Of a DNA stretch of 64,000 nt, positions 12,180-22,041 are shown piece after piece; positions within the stretch are counted from its first letter, which is position 1; each line of letters begins with the position of its first letter. Source of the stretch: Methanothrix sp. (GTDB lineage: Archaea; Halobacteriota; Methanosarcinia; Methanotrichales; Methanotrichaceae); contig OY821645.1 in assembly GCA_963682135.1 (NCBI GenBank), forward strand, positions 1,152,001-1,216,000. The letters are read 5' to 3'. The notes under the pieces were generated by a model. That model saw nothing but the letters and a program-made list of their open reading frames with translations, had not been told where the DNA came from and did not search any database. Made by a program: the position numbers and the translations under genes.

Positions 12180-12950
12180 TCACCTCACCTCAGTATTCTC
12201 AAAGAGATATGCCCCCAAGAACAGCATGACTGCGCAGCAGATCGCCAGAACCGCCAAATCCACCACAGGGGAAAATGTGCTCGTGCCGATCAGGCTGTAC
12301 CTTAAGCCGTCCACGCCATAGGTAAGAGGATTGAGGTAGGCAAGGTACCTTATCAACTCAGGGAATCTATCCAGTGGATAGAGCGCTCCGGACAGAAAGA
12401 ACAATGGAAATATGAGGAAGTTCATGATCAGGCTGAATCCGGACATATCTTTCATCTTGGAAGAAAAGGCCAGCCCGATGCCAATGAAGGTCGCGGCTAC
12501 CAGGACCATGAATACCAGAGACAACAGGATTCCGGCAAGGCTTGGCATCCTCATTCCCATGATTATCCCTGCAACAAGTATGATCAAGGCTTGCAGAACT
12601 CCTGTAGTCAAGCCTCCTGCAGTTCGCCCCAGGACTATGGCAATTCTGCTTACGGGCGCGACCATTATCTCTTTTAAAAAGCCGAACTCCCGGTCCCAGA
12701 GGACGGAAAGACCTGCAAAGGTGGCTGAGAAGAGCAATGTCATACCTATGATCCCGGGAGTCAGGAAGCTGACGTAGTCTAAACCTGACGGGATGCCAGG
12801 CATGGTTGTGCTTCCGCCAAATCCGATCCCCAGAAAAGCCAGGAAGAAGAAGGGCGAAGCTATGGACCCAAAGAGGCGGCTCTTCAGACGGAAGAAGCGC
12901 AGCATCTCACGAAGCCAGATGCTGTAAATGGCATTGAGATCCTGCCTCAT
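12180..12950 (-). CDS. ABC-2 type exporter permease (DrrB-like)
   Basis: DREFGFLKEIMVAPVSR, FLSGALYP and NPLTYGVDGLR motifs. Confidence 0.95.
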   Translation of the reverse strand: MRQDLNAIYSIWLREMLRFFRLKSRLFGSIASPFFFLAFLGIGFGGSTTMPGIPSGLDYVSFLTPGIIGMTLLFSATFAGLSVLWDREFGFLKEIMVAPVSRIAIVLGRTAGGLTTGVLQALIILVAGIIMGMRMPSLAGILLSLVFMVLVAATFIGIGLAFSSKMKDMSGFSLIMNFLIFPLFFLSGALYPLDRFPELIRYLAYLNPLTYGVDGLRYSLIGTSTFSPVVDLAVLAICCAVMLFLGAYLFENTEVR

Positions 12951-13999
12951 TTTCTCCTCCTTTGCATCATCATGGCCCCCATCAAGTTGGTTGCGCCTCC
13001 TGCCTCCCTTATCCTTCGACCCGTGTACTTAAGGAAAACATCTTCCAAAGTGGGCTTATGAAGTCCAACTGAGGTGATTACTGCTCCGCACTTATTTGCC
13101 TCTTGCATGATCTCGGGAATTCTCGATTGGGCATGGTCCACCATCAGCTCGATGGTCCCATTGACAAATGCGCTGGACTTGAGCCAGGGAAAGGATTGCA
13201 TGCATTGCATCAATGCTTGCGCACCACTTGCAACCTCCAGGCTGACCGTGTCTGATCCAATCATATCTTTGAGGTTTGCAGGTGTGTCCAGAGCTACGAT
13301 CTTGCCGTTATCTATGATGGCCACGCGATCGCAAAGAGCATCCGCCTCTTCCATGTAATGTGTGGTGAGGATAATTGTAACCCCCTTCTCTTTGTTCATA
13401 TCACGAAGGTACTGCCAGATGTGCCGCCTGGTCTGAGCGTCCAGGCCAAGAGTGGGCTCATCCAGGAAGAGAACATGCGGATAATGCATCAAACCCCGGG
13501 CAATCTCCAATCTCCGCTGCATGCCTCCTGAGTAGTCTTCCATCTTGATATCGGCCTTCTCAGCCAGATCCACCAATTCCAAAACCTCGCCAATTCTCTC
13601 CTGACGCAAAGAGCTGTCCATTCCGTACATCCTGCCGTGAAAGTCCAGGTTCTCCCGACCGGTCAGCATTCCATCCACTGCCGGGTCCTGAAAGACAACG
13701 CCAATCGAGGATCGCACCGCATTCCTCTCCTTAGCTACATCATGACCCCATACCCTGGCTTCGCCCTCTGTTGGCGTGAGCATGGTAGTAAGCATCTTGA
13801 TGATGGTGCTCTTGCCGGCTCCATTGGCCCCCAGGATACCGAAGAGTTCGCCTCTATTTATTTTCAGGTCTATGTGATCTACTGCAGTCATGCCGTTGAA
13901 TCTTTTAGTAAGTCCCTGCATAGAAATGGCAGCATCGTCTTTGACCGGGCCAGGATGAGGGCCAGCCACCGATCTAATTCCGCTTGTGATATTGTTCAC
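12947..13999 (-). CDS. ABC exporter ATP-binding protein (DrrA-like)
   Basis: Walker A GANGAGKST, signature YSGGM, Walker B LFLDEPT, C-terminal PTLEDVFL. Confidence 0.96.
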   Translation of the reverse strand: MNNITSGIRSVAGPHPGPVKDDAAISMQGLTKRFNGMTAVDHIDLKINRGELFGILGANGAGKSTIIKMLTTMLTPTEGEARVWGHDVAKERNAVRSSIGVVFQDPAVDGMLTGRENLDFHGRMYGMDSSLRQERIGEVLELVDLAEKADIKMEDYSGGMQRRLEIARGLMHYPHVLFLDEPTLGLDAQTRRHIWQYLRDMNKEKGVTIILTTHYMEEADALCDRVAIIDNGKIVALDTPANLKDMIGSDTVSLEVASGAQALMQCMQSFPWLKSSAFVNGTIELMVDHAQSRIPEIMQEANKCGAVITSVGLHKPTLEDVFLKYTGRRIREAGGATNLMGAMMMQRRRK

Positions 14000-14017
14000 C
14001 TTCTCAATTCATAGCTA

Positions 14018-14038
14018 ATTGACTTTCTCTAAGTCAGT
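14018..14038. promoter_or_regulatory. putative TetR operator 2 (ATTGACT-N7-AGTCAGT)
   Basis: Same palindrome and 7-nt spacing as 14753-14773; lies about 20 nt upstream of the ABC ATPase start. Confidence 0.7.
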
Positions 14039-14070
14039 AATCAAATACGCATCCTTTGCTCTCCGGCAAC

Positions 14071-14724
14071 CTAAATCTGTAAAATGAACCGGTAATTGCC
14101 AACTCCAAGCATTCTGCCCAGGAGGTCCTCCATGGCCGCTCGCATATTTTCAAGAAATTTCAGGTATGTCTGATCAATATTTCTTGAATCGGCCAAGTCA
14201 TCATCTTTCTGATAGAACATATGATTGGCAGACGCGATCATCACGAGTAGGAGATAGGATGTCTCCAATGGGCGCTCTACATGAAAACGATCATTCTTGC
14301 ACCCCTGGACGATCACTTCCGCCATAAGCGGGGCGATAGTGGCAAATGGCCTCACGCTCATCAGCTTTTTATGCAGCGTGGCGCTTTTGACCTGGTGGAT
14401 ATGGCTAATGATCTTCTTTCCGGATGCAGAGATGCTTAGAAAGCAGTTGATCATGGAATTAATTTTGGCGGCCTCACCCAGACTGCCGTCTTGCGCAATC
14501 CGGGTGAAATCACTTTCCATCAAAGCGATCTGCTTCTTCATCACCGCTACCAGGACATCTTCTTTTGAGTCGAAGTAGTAGTAGAATGCGCCCTGAGACA
14601 CATTGACCTCTTTTGTTATGTCGCTTACAGAGGTCTGATCATAGCCCCGGGCTGCAAACAGGCGACAAGCCGTATCTATCAGCTCTTTTCGTCTCTCTTC
14701 TGGTTCTTTTACAATTCTGCTCAT
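14071..14724 (-). CDS. TetR/AcrR family transcriptional regulator
   Basis: MSRIVKEPEERRKELID..F...GY..TSVSDI...VS.GAFYYYF.SKED; the MSRIVK start is preferred over the longer ORF. Confidence 0.95.
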   Translation of the reverse strand: MSRIVKEPEERRKELIDTACRLFAARGYDQTSVSDITKEVNVSQGAFYYYFDSKEDVLVAVMKKQIALMESDFTRIAQDGSLGEAAKINSMINCFLSISASGKKIISHIHQVKSATLHKKLMSVRPFATIAPLMAEVIVQGCKNDRFHVERPLETSYLLLVMIASANHMFYQKDDDLADSRNIDQTYLKFLENMRAAMEDLLGRMLGVGNYRFILQI

Positions 14725-14752
14725 ATTATCCCCTGTAGACCATGAACAAACC

Positions 14753-14786
14753 ACTGACTGAGTATTAGTCAGTAAAGTATATAACG
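14753..14786 (-). promoter_or_regulatory. tetR promoter: TATA box followed by putative operator 1 (ACTGACT-N7-AGTCAGT)
   Basis: Minus strand TTATATACTTT directly followed by a perfect 7-bp palindrome at 14753-14773. Confidence 0.72.
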
Positions 14787-16226
14787 TCACTGCTTCGTGC
14801 ATTTGCCCAGAGCTACCAGGACTGAAGATCCCGATCTCTTCAGCTCTTCCCTGAGAATCTGTTCCACCTCTTTCTCTGAAGCGGGCAGCTCCAGGCGGAG
14901 CGTCGGCACCAGCGCCTCCAACAGGTGGGTCAGATCGGGCACATCCTGCCCGCCCGTCATGGCTGCTACATCATTCTTGAGAACGACGACAAGAACATCA
15001 CGCTTCTGCCAGACGGCATTGATCAGGCCCTGCAGGCCCGAGTGGGCCAGAGCATAGTCGCCCACCAGGGCAATGCCTTTCTTGGCAAAGCCCGAGGCTA
15101 CGCCCACCGATGATCCCAGGCCGTAGACCACGTCCACTGATTGGTAGGGATCACGGGTAGCACGGATGGCGCATCCTGCGTCCCCGGCCACGGACACATC
15201 GATTTTGCCCAGCGCCTGAAAAAGGGGTATGAAGGGACAGTCATCACAAACGCCCTTGTAGCCCCTCTCAGCCAAGCTCTCGTAGACCTGGGGCATTTTC
15301 TTCGGCGCCTCTTCCAGACACTCCAGCGCCTGGATGATGTCCGCCCTCTCCAGCGGCCCCCGGGGCAGGTGACCGCTGAGCTTGCCTTTGACTTTGGGGC
15401 TGCAGGCAATCTGCGATTCGATAAACGGCTCAGGCTCTTCTGCTACCAGAATCTGGCGATGACCATCAATGAAGCGGCGCAAGAGCTTTGCCGGCAGAGG
15501 ATTGCTGTAGCCCACAGAAAATAGCGAGACGCCTAGGCCTTGGGCCAGAGCCGCAGGCCGGCCGCTGGCGATGATGCCCACGTTCCCGGAGATCTCCAGG
15601 CGATTTAAGGTTGTGGACTCAGAGGCTTCCTCTGCAAAGGCCATAATTCGATCGTGATGCCTCTGATGCCGCCCACGCATGGTCAAATCCCAGCCGTCCC
15701 GATCATAATGCTGGGCTATACCCCGGATGGGTCGAGATAAAATCTCCGGCCCCTCGTCAGATAGAATACGAGCCGTCACCCGGACTATAACCGGAATTCT
15801 CAGCCATTCGGATACTGTGTAGCCTTCCAGAATAGATGCATGCAATGAGGTAGGACTGCTGGGATCGAGCATCGGCAGCTCTGCCAGCGGACCGAAGAAT
15901 CGGCTATCCATCTCCGCTTGAGAGCCCTTCGGCCCCAAATCATCTCCCGCCAGAATCACAATGCCTGAGCCGATGGTATGGGTAGCCGATATGACCAGCG
16001 GATCGGCCAGAATATTCATGCCCACCTGCTTGACGATAACCAGGGCGCGCCGGCCTGTAGCTGACGCCCCAAGGGCAATCTCCAGAGCCACCTTTTCGTT
16101 AACCGAGATCTCAGCCCCGAGCGCGGCGGCCAGATCGGTTATGGGATAGCCGGGAACATAGGTTCGAACCCTTGCTGCTGCATCCTCTACAGCCTGCACT
16201 GCTGCCTGCATGCCACTGGAATTCAT
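14787..16226 (-). CDS. indolepyruvate ferredoxin oxidoreductase alpha-like, TPP-binding protein
   Basis: VPGYPIT, NEKVALE, KQVGMN, GDAGC, TPP motif GDYALAHSG...N and AMTGGQ. Shorter than canonical IorA. Confidence 0.85.
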   Translation of the reverse strand: MNSSGMQAAVQAVEDAAARVRTYVPGYPITDLAAALGAEISVNEKVALEIALGASATGRRALVIVKQVGMNILADPLVISATHTIGSGIVILAGDDLGPKGSQAEMDSRFFGPLAELPMLDPSSPTSLHASILEGYTVSEWLRIPVIVRVTARILSDEGPEILSRPIRGIAQHYDRDGWDLTMRGRHQRHHDRIMAFAEEASESTTLNRLEISGNVGIIASGRPAALAQGLGVSLFSVGYSNPLPAKLLRRFIDGHRQILVAEEPEPFIESQIACSPKVKGKLSGHLPRGPLERADIIQALECLEEAPKKMPQVYESLAERGYKGVCDDCPFIPLFQALGKIDVSVAGDAGCAIRATRDPYQSVDVVYGLGSSVGVASGFAKKGIALVGDYALAHSGLQGLINAVWQKRDVLVVVLKNDVAAMTGGQDVPDLTHLLEALVPTLRLELPASEKEVEQILREELKRSGSSVLVALGKCTKQ

Positions 16227-17122
16227 AGATTTGCGGGCACAATGGACTCATCAGGCCGGGCACAAAAGGGCAATGCCGCCACAGCCCCAATCAATCCCTG
16301 GCCATTCATCAAGATCTGAACTCCATTCTCCCGCGCCGCCTCCAGAGCATCCTCGTACTGCACCCTCTCTCGCTTGCACCTCTGGCCAAAGGGCAGAAGA
16401 GAAGATGGATCGAAATCTCGGAAGACTGCCATGCCCGTCTGCTTGGAGACCGAGTACTTGCTTAACAGGGCCTTGAAGTCAGAGAGCATGGCTTCAGCTT
16501 TACCCGGCAGGCAGGCGAACTCTACTGCCGTGGAGACGCAGTTTTGCGTCTTGGTTGGAACGGGAAAGAGCTGCACCAGGGAATGGGAGAGATAGCGTGC
16601 TTCAGGTCGATCGACCTTACTGGAGATGTTGTGAATAAGAGTCCAGGTGGCCCCCGTCGTCTTGGAATCGGTATCATCAACTCCAATGATCATTCTATCC
16701 CTTCTGGGCAAGACTATGGTGCCCCGAGCGACGCGCCCTCCGCCGCATTCTGTTACATCATAGCGCAAGACGTCCTCCGCTTTAGCTCGGGAAAGGGTAG
16801 CGCCTACGCCTCCCCCGCCCAGACCGGCGTAAGTCACCTCTACCTCCTTGCTGCCCACTATTACCGACTCGATGCCGGCCGATCTCTTGGAGGATACAAG
16901 ATCCAAATCGGCTTTGCCCGGCCTTATCATATAGCGGAACCATTCGCCCAAATTGCGGGAGCTTTTCACTAAAGGCCCATTGGAGTAATGGTATCTGGCC
17001 CAGGCCGATCCACCGTAGCAGCTGGAGCGTTCCATGAGCTCTACTCTTCGGCCCTCATCATCAACCACAGCATGTATCTGCTTGTATACTACAACATATG
17101 GATCAGCTAATTCTAGTTGCAA
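16223..17122 (-). CDS. methanogenesis marker protein 11 (TiaS N-terminal-like)
   Basis: YAGLGGGGVGA, GVDDTD, KTQNC and GLIGAVAA motifs. Confidence 0.88.
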   Translation of the reverse strand: MQLELADPYVVVYKQIHAVVDDEGRRVELMERSSCYGGSAWARYHYSNGPLVKSSRNLGEWFRYMIRPGKADLDLVSSKRSAGIESVIVGSKEVEVTYAGLGGGGVGATLSRAKAEDVLRYDVTECGGGRVARGTIVLPRRDRMIIGVDDTDSKTTGATWTLIHNISSKVDRPEARYLSHSLVQLFPVPTKTQNCVSTAVEFACLPGKAEAMLSDFKALLSKYSVSKQTGMAVFRDFDPSSLLPFGQRCKRERVQYEDALEAARENGVQILMNGQGLIGAVAALPFCARPDESIVPANL

Positions 17123-17125
17123 GGC

Positions 17126-18439
17126 TCATTCCTCGGCTAAATCATTTGATTGATTCTGAATATCATCAAAGCTCTTCATATACTCTCTCAATACTACCGT
17201 GGCATAGCTTCCTTTGGGCAGAATGAACTGCAGCGTTGCCAGGTTTTCCTCTAAGCGGATTTGCGGTTTGACATGACATAGAGCCGCGCGCCTCGTGCCT
17301 CTTGAACCAAGATCCGGGTTTTCTGAGACTCTAAAGTCCTCCGGAGAAATGCCTTCATCTCTGAGAATTGACCACTCCATCTCACCCTGTGCGCCTTCCT
17401 CTATTGTCGTCTCAAATCCGATCAAAGGCAGAGTGAGAAATGCTCTGCCTCTCTTGGCCAGACGGTCGATGGCCTCCAGGTTTTCCGAGGTGACCTTCTG
17501 CACTCTATCCATATCCGGCAAACCTTCTTTGGCAAAGCAGACCACATCGCCCACCACGGCCTTTTGTAGCGGCATTCCCGCAGCCATGCGGCGGCTGAGA
17601 ATCCTGTTGAAAATATAGGACTGGTAAGCATGCACAAAGAGACGCTTCAAATTGACGGAAAGAACATCAAAAGAGTGAGCATAATCACCGGGATGCTCCA
17701 CGAGATAGTTAAGCATGGCCAGCTCGTAGTGCAGGTACTCAGGGAACTCTTTTAAGGCTACAGGGATGTCTCGTGTCTCCCACAACGTTTCCCGAGCCAC
17801 TCTTGTCCTCTCCGGCTCGCCGGGAAAAGGCAAGGCCAGAAAGATGAAGGCAGCTTCTTTCGCCTTGCCTCTTGCCAGAGCCTCACCCACTTTATGGGTG
17901 ACGGGCCTCTGATCCCCAAACCTCTGTATTCCGAAGTAGTTGGGAACGCCGCCATATTCCTCTATCTCCGAAGTGATGGCGGCCAGACGGGCGGCTGGAT
18001 CCGGGCAGCTCAGATCCCTGATTACTATGTGAAAACGATTTCCCAGCAGATCTCCCAGACCCACCGCTCGATTCGTCTTGCCCAAAACCCTGATCTTCAG
18101 GTCGGGCAGATTAATTCTGGAAAGGGCCGATTCATCCAGGTTCATGATGCTTATGCGCTGGGTTGTTACCGCCTTCTTGTCTTTGGTGCCGGCCCAGCCG
18201 AATCTCTTCTGGCTGATGCAAAGCCGTCTCGCCATCTCTCGGATAAGGTGATGAGTATCCCAGTTGGTCTTCTCCACATCTAAGACCAGGTACCTTCCGC
18301 CTTCGTATCCCAGATCCTCGAATACTTCTGTTACCTGGAAATCCTCTGCACAGCTCTTGATGATGCCACCACAACCTGGGCTGTCAGTTATATAATAATC
18401 CATGCCCAGAGACCGGTCCCGATTACTTGCCGAAATCAT
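17126..18439 (-). CDS. truD: tRNA pseudouridine(13) synthase
   Basis: EDFQVTE, AGTKDK, PNYFGIQRFG, HAYQSY and LPKGSYATVVLRE motifs. Confidence 0.97.
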   Translation of the reverse strand: MISASNRDRSLGMDYYITDSPGCGGIIKSCAEDFQVTEVFEDLGYEGGRYLVLDVEKTNWDTHHLIREMARRLCISQKRFGWAGTKDKKAVTTQRISIMNLDESALSRINLPDLKIRVLGKTNRAVGLGDLLGNRFHIVIRDLSCPDPAARLAAITSEIEEYGGVPNYFGIQRFGDQRPVTHKVGEALARGKAKEAAFIFLALPFPGEPERTRVARETLWETRDIPVALKEFPEYLHYELAMLNYLVEHPGDYAHSFDVLSVNLKRLFVHAYQSYIFNRILSRRMAAGMPLQKAVVGDVVCFAKEGLPDMDRVQKVTSENLEAIDRLAKRGRAFLTLPLIGFETTIEEGAQGEMEWSILRDEGISPEDFRVSENPDLGSRGTRRAALCHVKPQIRLEENLATLQFILPKGSYATVVLREYMKSFDDIQNQSNDLAEE

Positions 18440-18471
18440 CTTACCCCGGAGTTTAAACGCCTTCTAGCTAT

Positions 18472-18825
18472 TCAGACAAGCTTGAGCTTGCCCGTCAATT
18501 TATCCATCTGCTTTCCATGGGCCGGACCCAGGCCCAGTGCGGTTATGGTGCCGGCAGGAATCTCGGTAAGCCCGGCATCGGCAACAATAGCGCTGGCTAT
18601 TCCCGCCCTCTCTGCATCAACTCTGAGTCGGAAGAGGTCAGGCACTCCTGCGACTTTCAGGACAACCTTTTTTTGGCCCTCAGCCTTCCATTCTGAGACG
18701 GTGGATCTGTCCATCTTTTCGGCTCTTTCCACAGCCATAACTGCAGCATGAGCCACCTGCACTGCCAGCTTTCCCGCGGAGAGCTTCAGATCCTCTCTAA
18801 TCACGATGCATTGCTTGAACTCCAT
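18472..18825 (-). CDS. pth2: peptidyl-tRNA hydrolase Pth2
   Basis: KQCIVIR.DLKLS.GK.AVQVAHA, GQKKVVLK, DAGLTEI and GLGP motifs. Confidence 0.97.
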   Translation of the reverse strand: MEFKQCIVIREDLKLSAGKLAVQVAHAAVMAVERAEKMDRSTVSEWKAEGQKKVVLKVAGVPDLFRLRVDAERAGIASAIVADAGLTEIPAGTITALGLGPAHGKQMDKLTGKLKLV

Positions 18826-18911
18826 CAGAAATAACCTCACTTACAAATAGAATCTTCTCGAAATCAATTATGCCAAAAATATACTAAGATTAAGGAGAAG
18901 AGGCGAGAATG

Positions 18912-20252
18912 TTACGCCTCTTTGGTTAGAACCTTGATGCAGGAAGGACTCTTGGCGATATTTCCCATCTTGGCGCCAATGAGATATTCCAGGCCCTTAT
19001 CTGCGGCGATGTCTAAGATGCGCTGCGTCACGACGCCATCGAAGATCACACCGTTTACGTCTCCATTTGTCTCCTTCAACTCTCTGGCCAGATCCCTCAC
19101 CGCCACCTCTCTTAAGACGTTTTGATTCCTATCCATTATCCTGGCGGATAGAGTACCATCCAGTTCATCCACATGCTGTCGGAACCATTCTCTCTGAGGT
19201 TCGGGCTCGGGCTGCGCAGCAGGTTCAGGAGCCGCTACAATTACTTCTTCTACGACAGGAGCCGCAGCGAATTTGGGCACAACTTCGCGGGGCACGACCC
19301 GACGCGGCGCGATAACCTCTGCCCTCTCCGTGGTATTTCGCACGCAGAAGGGCTTCTCACGGATGAGGCTCTTTCTCTTGGTAGTGATCTCGCGCCTTTT
19401 CTTGGGCTGGTTTTTGATCTTATATTGATCCAGCACCTGTTCAACGGGAATCTTTTGGCGCAGTGCACGGACAATCTCTTTTTGGGTCATGTCCTCTACG
19501 CTCTTTCCCTCCGGGGCCCTGGCCACAAAATCAATGTCAGCGACCTGGAGAAGCTCTTTAATGATCAGCTCTCCTCCTCGGTCACCATCTGTGAAAGCGG
19601 TAACTACCTTCTTGGCGCAGAGATCGGCGATGGTTGGCGGCACATTGGTTCCGCCTACAGCCACGGCATTCTTGATACCGTACTTTAGCAGATTGAGCAC
19701 ATCCGCCCGACCTTCAACCACCAGGATAGCATCGGAGTCGAGTACATTGGGCCCGGCTGGCAAGCTGTCTTTGCCCAGGTGAATTATCTCCTCCACGCGA
19801 ACGGACTGCTTTATCTCCTCGGTGATTTCTTCCGTTTCCAGGATGTTCTCGTCGAACATCTCCACCAGTATGCGCTTGGCCCGTTCTATGACATATCTTC
19901 TCTTGGCAGCACGCACATCTTCGATGCGGTTTACGCAGATGCGAGCGATGCATGGTCCCACCCGGTCGATGGTCTCCAGGGCAGCGGCCAGTATGGCCGT
20001 CTCGACCTTATCAAAGCTGGAAGGAATGGAGATGGTGCCGCTGGACTTTCCGCCGCTGGATGTTATTTGAACATCGATCCTACCCAACCGTCCCGTTTTT
20101 TGGAGATCCCTTAAATCGAGGTCGGATCCCAAGAGACCTTCGGTCTGGCCGAAGATAGCGCCGACCACATCCGGCCGCTCCACTATCCCTTCCGCAGTTA
20201 TATCCGCATAAATAACATATTTAGTTGTATCAACATTTTGCATATAAGACAC
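18912..20252 (-). CDS. dnaG: archaeal DnaG primase-like / exosome-associated protein
   Basis: [13 protein letters not shown], Toprim VVEGRADV and DGDRGG motifs. Confidence 0.97.
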   Translation of the reverse strand: MSYMQNVDTTKYVIYADITAEGIVERPDVVGAIFGQTEGLLGSDLDLRDLQKTGRLGRIDVQITSSGGKSSGTISIPSSFDKVETAILAAALETIDRVGPCIARICVNRIEDVRAAKRRYVIERAKRILVEMFDENILETEEITEEIKQSVRVEEIIHLGKDSLPAGPNVLDSDAILVVEGRADVLNLLKYGIKNAVAVGGTNVPPTIADLCAKKVVTAFTDGDRGGELIIKELLQVADIDFVARAPEGKSVEDMTQKEIVRALRQKIPVEQVLDQYKIKNQPKKRREITTKRKSLIREKPFCVRNTTERAEVIAPRRVVPREVVPKFAAAPVVEEVIVAAPEPAAQPEPEPQREWFRQHVDELDGTLSARIMDRNQNVLREVAVRDLARELKETNGDVNGVIFDGVVTQRILDIAADKGLEYLIGAKMGNIAKSPSCIKVLTKEA

Positions 20253-20652
20253 CTCTTATTTTAAAATAGATAGATAAAAGTCACACCCATACCCAAAGAG
20301 CCGACGCTATCTGCGGCCTACAAAGGCCATTTCGCGACTCATTGTCGCAATTGTAGCCATGCCGTATCAAAGGCAGGCAGTGAGCAGTGAATGATGATGA
20401 ATATGAGGTCCATCTAACTATTTCAGTGTCCATTTACCAATATCATGGAGCATCTGATAGAAATGCCCACACATGAGCCATTTTATCTTCATTAGCTGGC
20501 ATTTCATCGCCCATAGTTCCACTCAGGGCTTAATTATCATGAGACTTGTTGCCCAAATGCGCGCTTCTATCAATTAAAATTGTGCGAAACTAGTTTAAGA
20601 ACCTTGTGGTGGAAAAAGAGGCTGCAAACTTATTTGCAGATGACGAAAGTTT

Positions 20653-21693
20653 CTACAATACTATAAATCCGTCCGCTGTTCTTACTACCTTTACCTCTTC
20701 TCCCGGCCCAACCCGCAAATCCCTAGGACGAGCCGCGAAAGCTGCCCGGTAAGTCTCTGGGTCCATGATCTCCAGCACGTCATCATCTTCAGAGACCACC
20801 ATTGCTGCCTTTGCATCCGCTTTATTTCCTAAAATCTCCACGATCTCTGAGTTCTCCTCGCTCATGGAACTCCTGCGGCCATCTCTAAGTGAAGTGATAA
20901 GTGTTGTTTTGCCGTCAAAGCCAGAAACAAAGACGAGCACTCCCCGGAAGGATATAATGTCACCGCGCTTGAGCCTGGGAAACCTGACCAACAGGGTAGA
21001 GCGGAACACATCACGTGAGTCCTTCTTGCCTACCAGTTTGGCTGTTTCCAGTAGCTTGCCGCCAAAGCGCTCGACAAATACACGGGCCATGCGTCTGCCT
21101 AGCTGTGTTGAGCCCAGGATGATATCCAGGCCGCCTTTGACCTCCTTCATCTCCTGGATAAAGGATAGATGATCTCCCCCGTGATACCCGGAGTCGGCCA
21201 TATCCTGGGCAGTCTTCTTGCACTCTTCAATCTCACTTTTGGTCATGGATCTGACAGAATTTCCGCGTAGCTGGACCGTGGACTGGAAATACTTGCCAGC
21301 CATGCGACTGCATCGATCGCAGGCCACAAGTTTAATGCGAATGGGAATCTCACACTGCTCGCTTACGCCCTGGCCTCTGAAACTGCCCTCGATATTGATA
21401 TTTGCCAGATATCGAGTGGCCCCAACTTTTCTGAGGTCTAGCTCAATATGCGGCTCGACTAGCTCTTTGTGCAGGCAAAGAGCATCTGCTGCAGCCTGAT
21501 GGGCCAGCTCCTCCACACAGCTGCTGTCCGGAAGCTGCCATCTGCCTTTTATCTGCCGGGAGCCGCAAACCGAACAGATGACCACTTCCACCTGATCAGG
21601 GCAACTGACCAGCTTTGTCATTTCCAGGGTGCATTGGGGGCAAAGCCCTTCTACCGTGGGCTGGCCGCATCGATGACAGATGGCTTGCATCAC
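20653..21693 (-). CDS. nmd3: NMD3 family ribosome biogenesis protein
   Basis: Four CxxC pairs, then YF.STVQLR and an eIF1-like region. Confidence 0.9.
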   Translation of the reverse strand: MMQAICHRCGQPTVEGLCPQCTLEMTKLVSCPDQVEVVICSVCGSRQIKGRWQLPDSSCVEELAHQAAADALCLHKELVEPHIELDLRKVGATRYLANINIEGSFRGQGVSEQCEIPIRIKLVACDRCSRMAGKYFQSTVQLRGNSVRSMTKSEIEECKKTAQDMADSGYHGGDHLSFIQEMKEVKGGLDIILGSTQLGRRMARVFVERFGGKLLETAKLVGKKDSRDVFRSTLLVRFPRLKRGDIISFRGVLVFVSGFDGKTTLITSLRDGRRSSMSEENSEIVEILGNKADAKAAMVVSEDDDVLEIMDPETYRAAFAARPRDLRVGPGEEVKVVRTADGFIVL

Positions 21694-22025
21694 ATTCGCA
21701 CCATCTGGGCATAGAGAACTCCGTCGATGGAGAGGGTGCAGTCCCTCTCCACGTAGCCCAGGGAGATGGCATGCTCAACAGCCTTGCAGCCCACAAAATT
21801 AGCCATTGTGGCTTTTGCGAGTGCCCCGGCAACCTCGGAACAGGATGCCTTTTCGCCTCCGAAAAAATCAACAGTGACTTCTATCTTAAGGTGGCCCTCG
21901 GTGAACTTTTTTCCCAGAATATCGCAGTCACAGACTGCAATAAGGGTCTCTGCTCCATGTTGGTGGGTTTTCAAATACATCTCTTTCTTTTCCGTATCTT
22001 GAGAAATATCAGACATGATAATCAT
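21690..22025 (-). CDS. DUF424 family protein
   Basis: LIAVCD.DILGKKF.EG, ANFVG..AV..AI.LGYV. Confidence 0.9.
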   Translation of the reverse strand: MIIMSDISQDTEKKEMYLKTHQHGAETLIAVCDCDILGKKFTEGHLKIEVTVDFFGGEKASCSEVAGALAKATMANFVGCKAVEHAISLGYVERDCTLSIDGVLYAQMVRM

Positions 22026-22041
22026 TTTGCATTGCTTGTAT

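Noticed and set aside
20480-20515. Fluoride riboswitch-like words (GGCGATG...GCC...GCTAATGA) on the minus strand
   Set aside because: No room for the intervening stem, no pseudoknot complement, and the downstream gene is dnaG.
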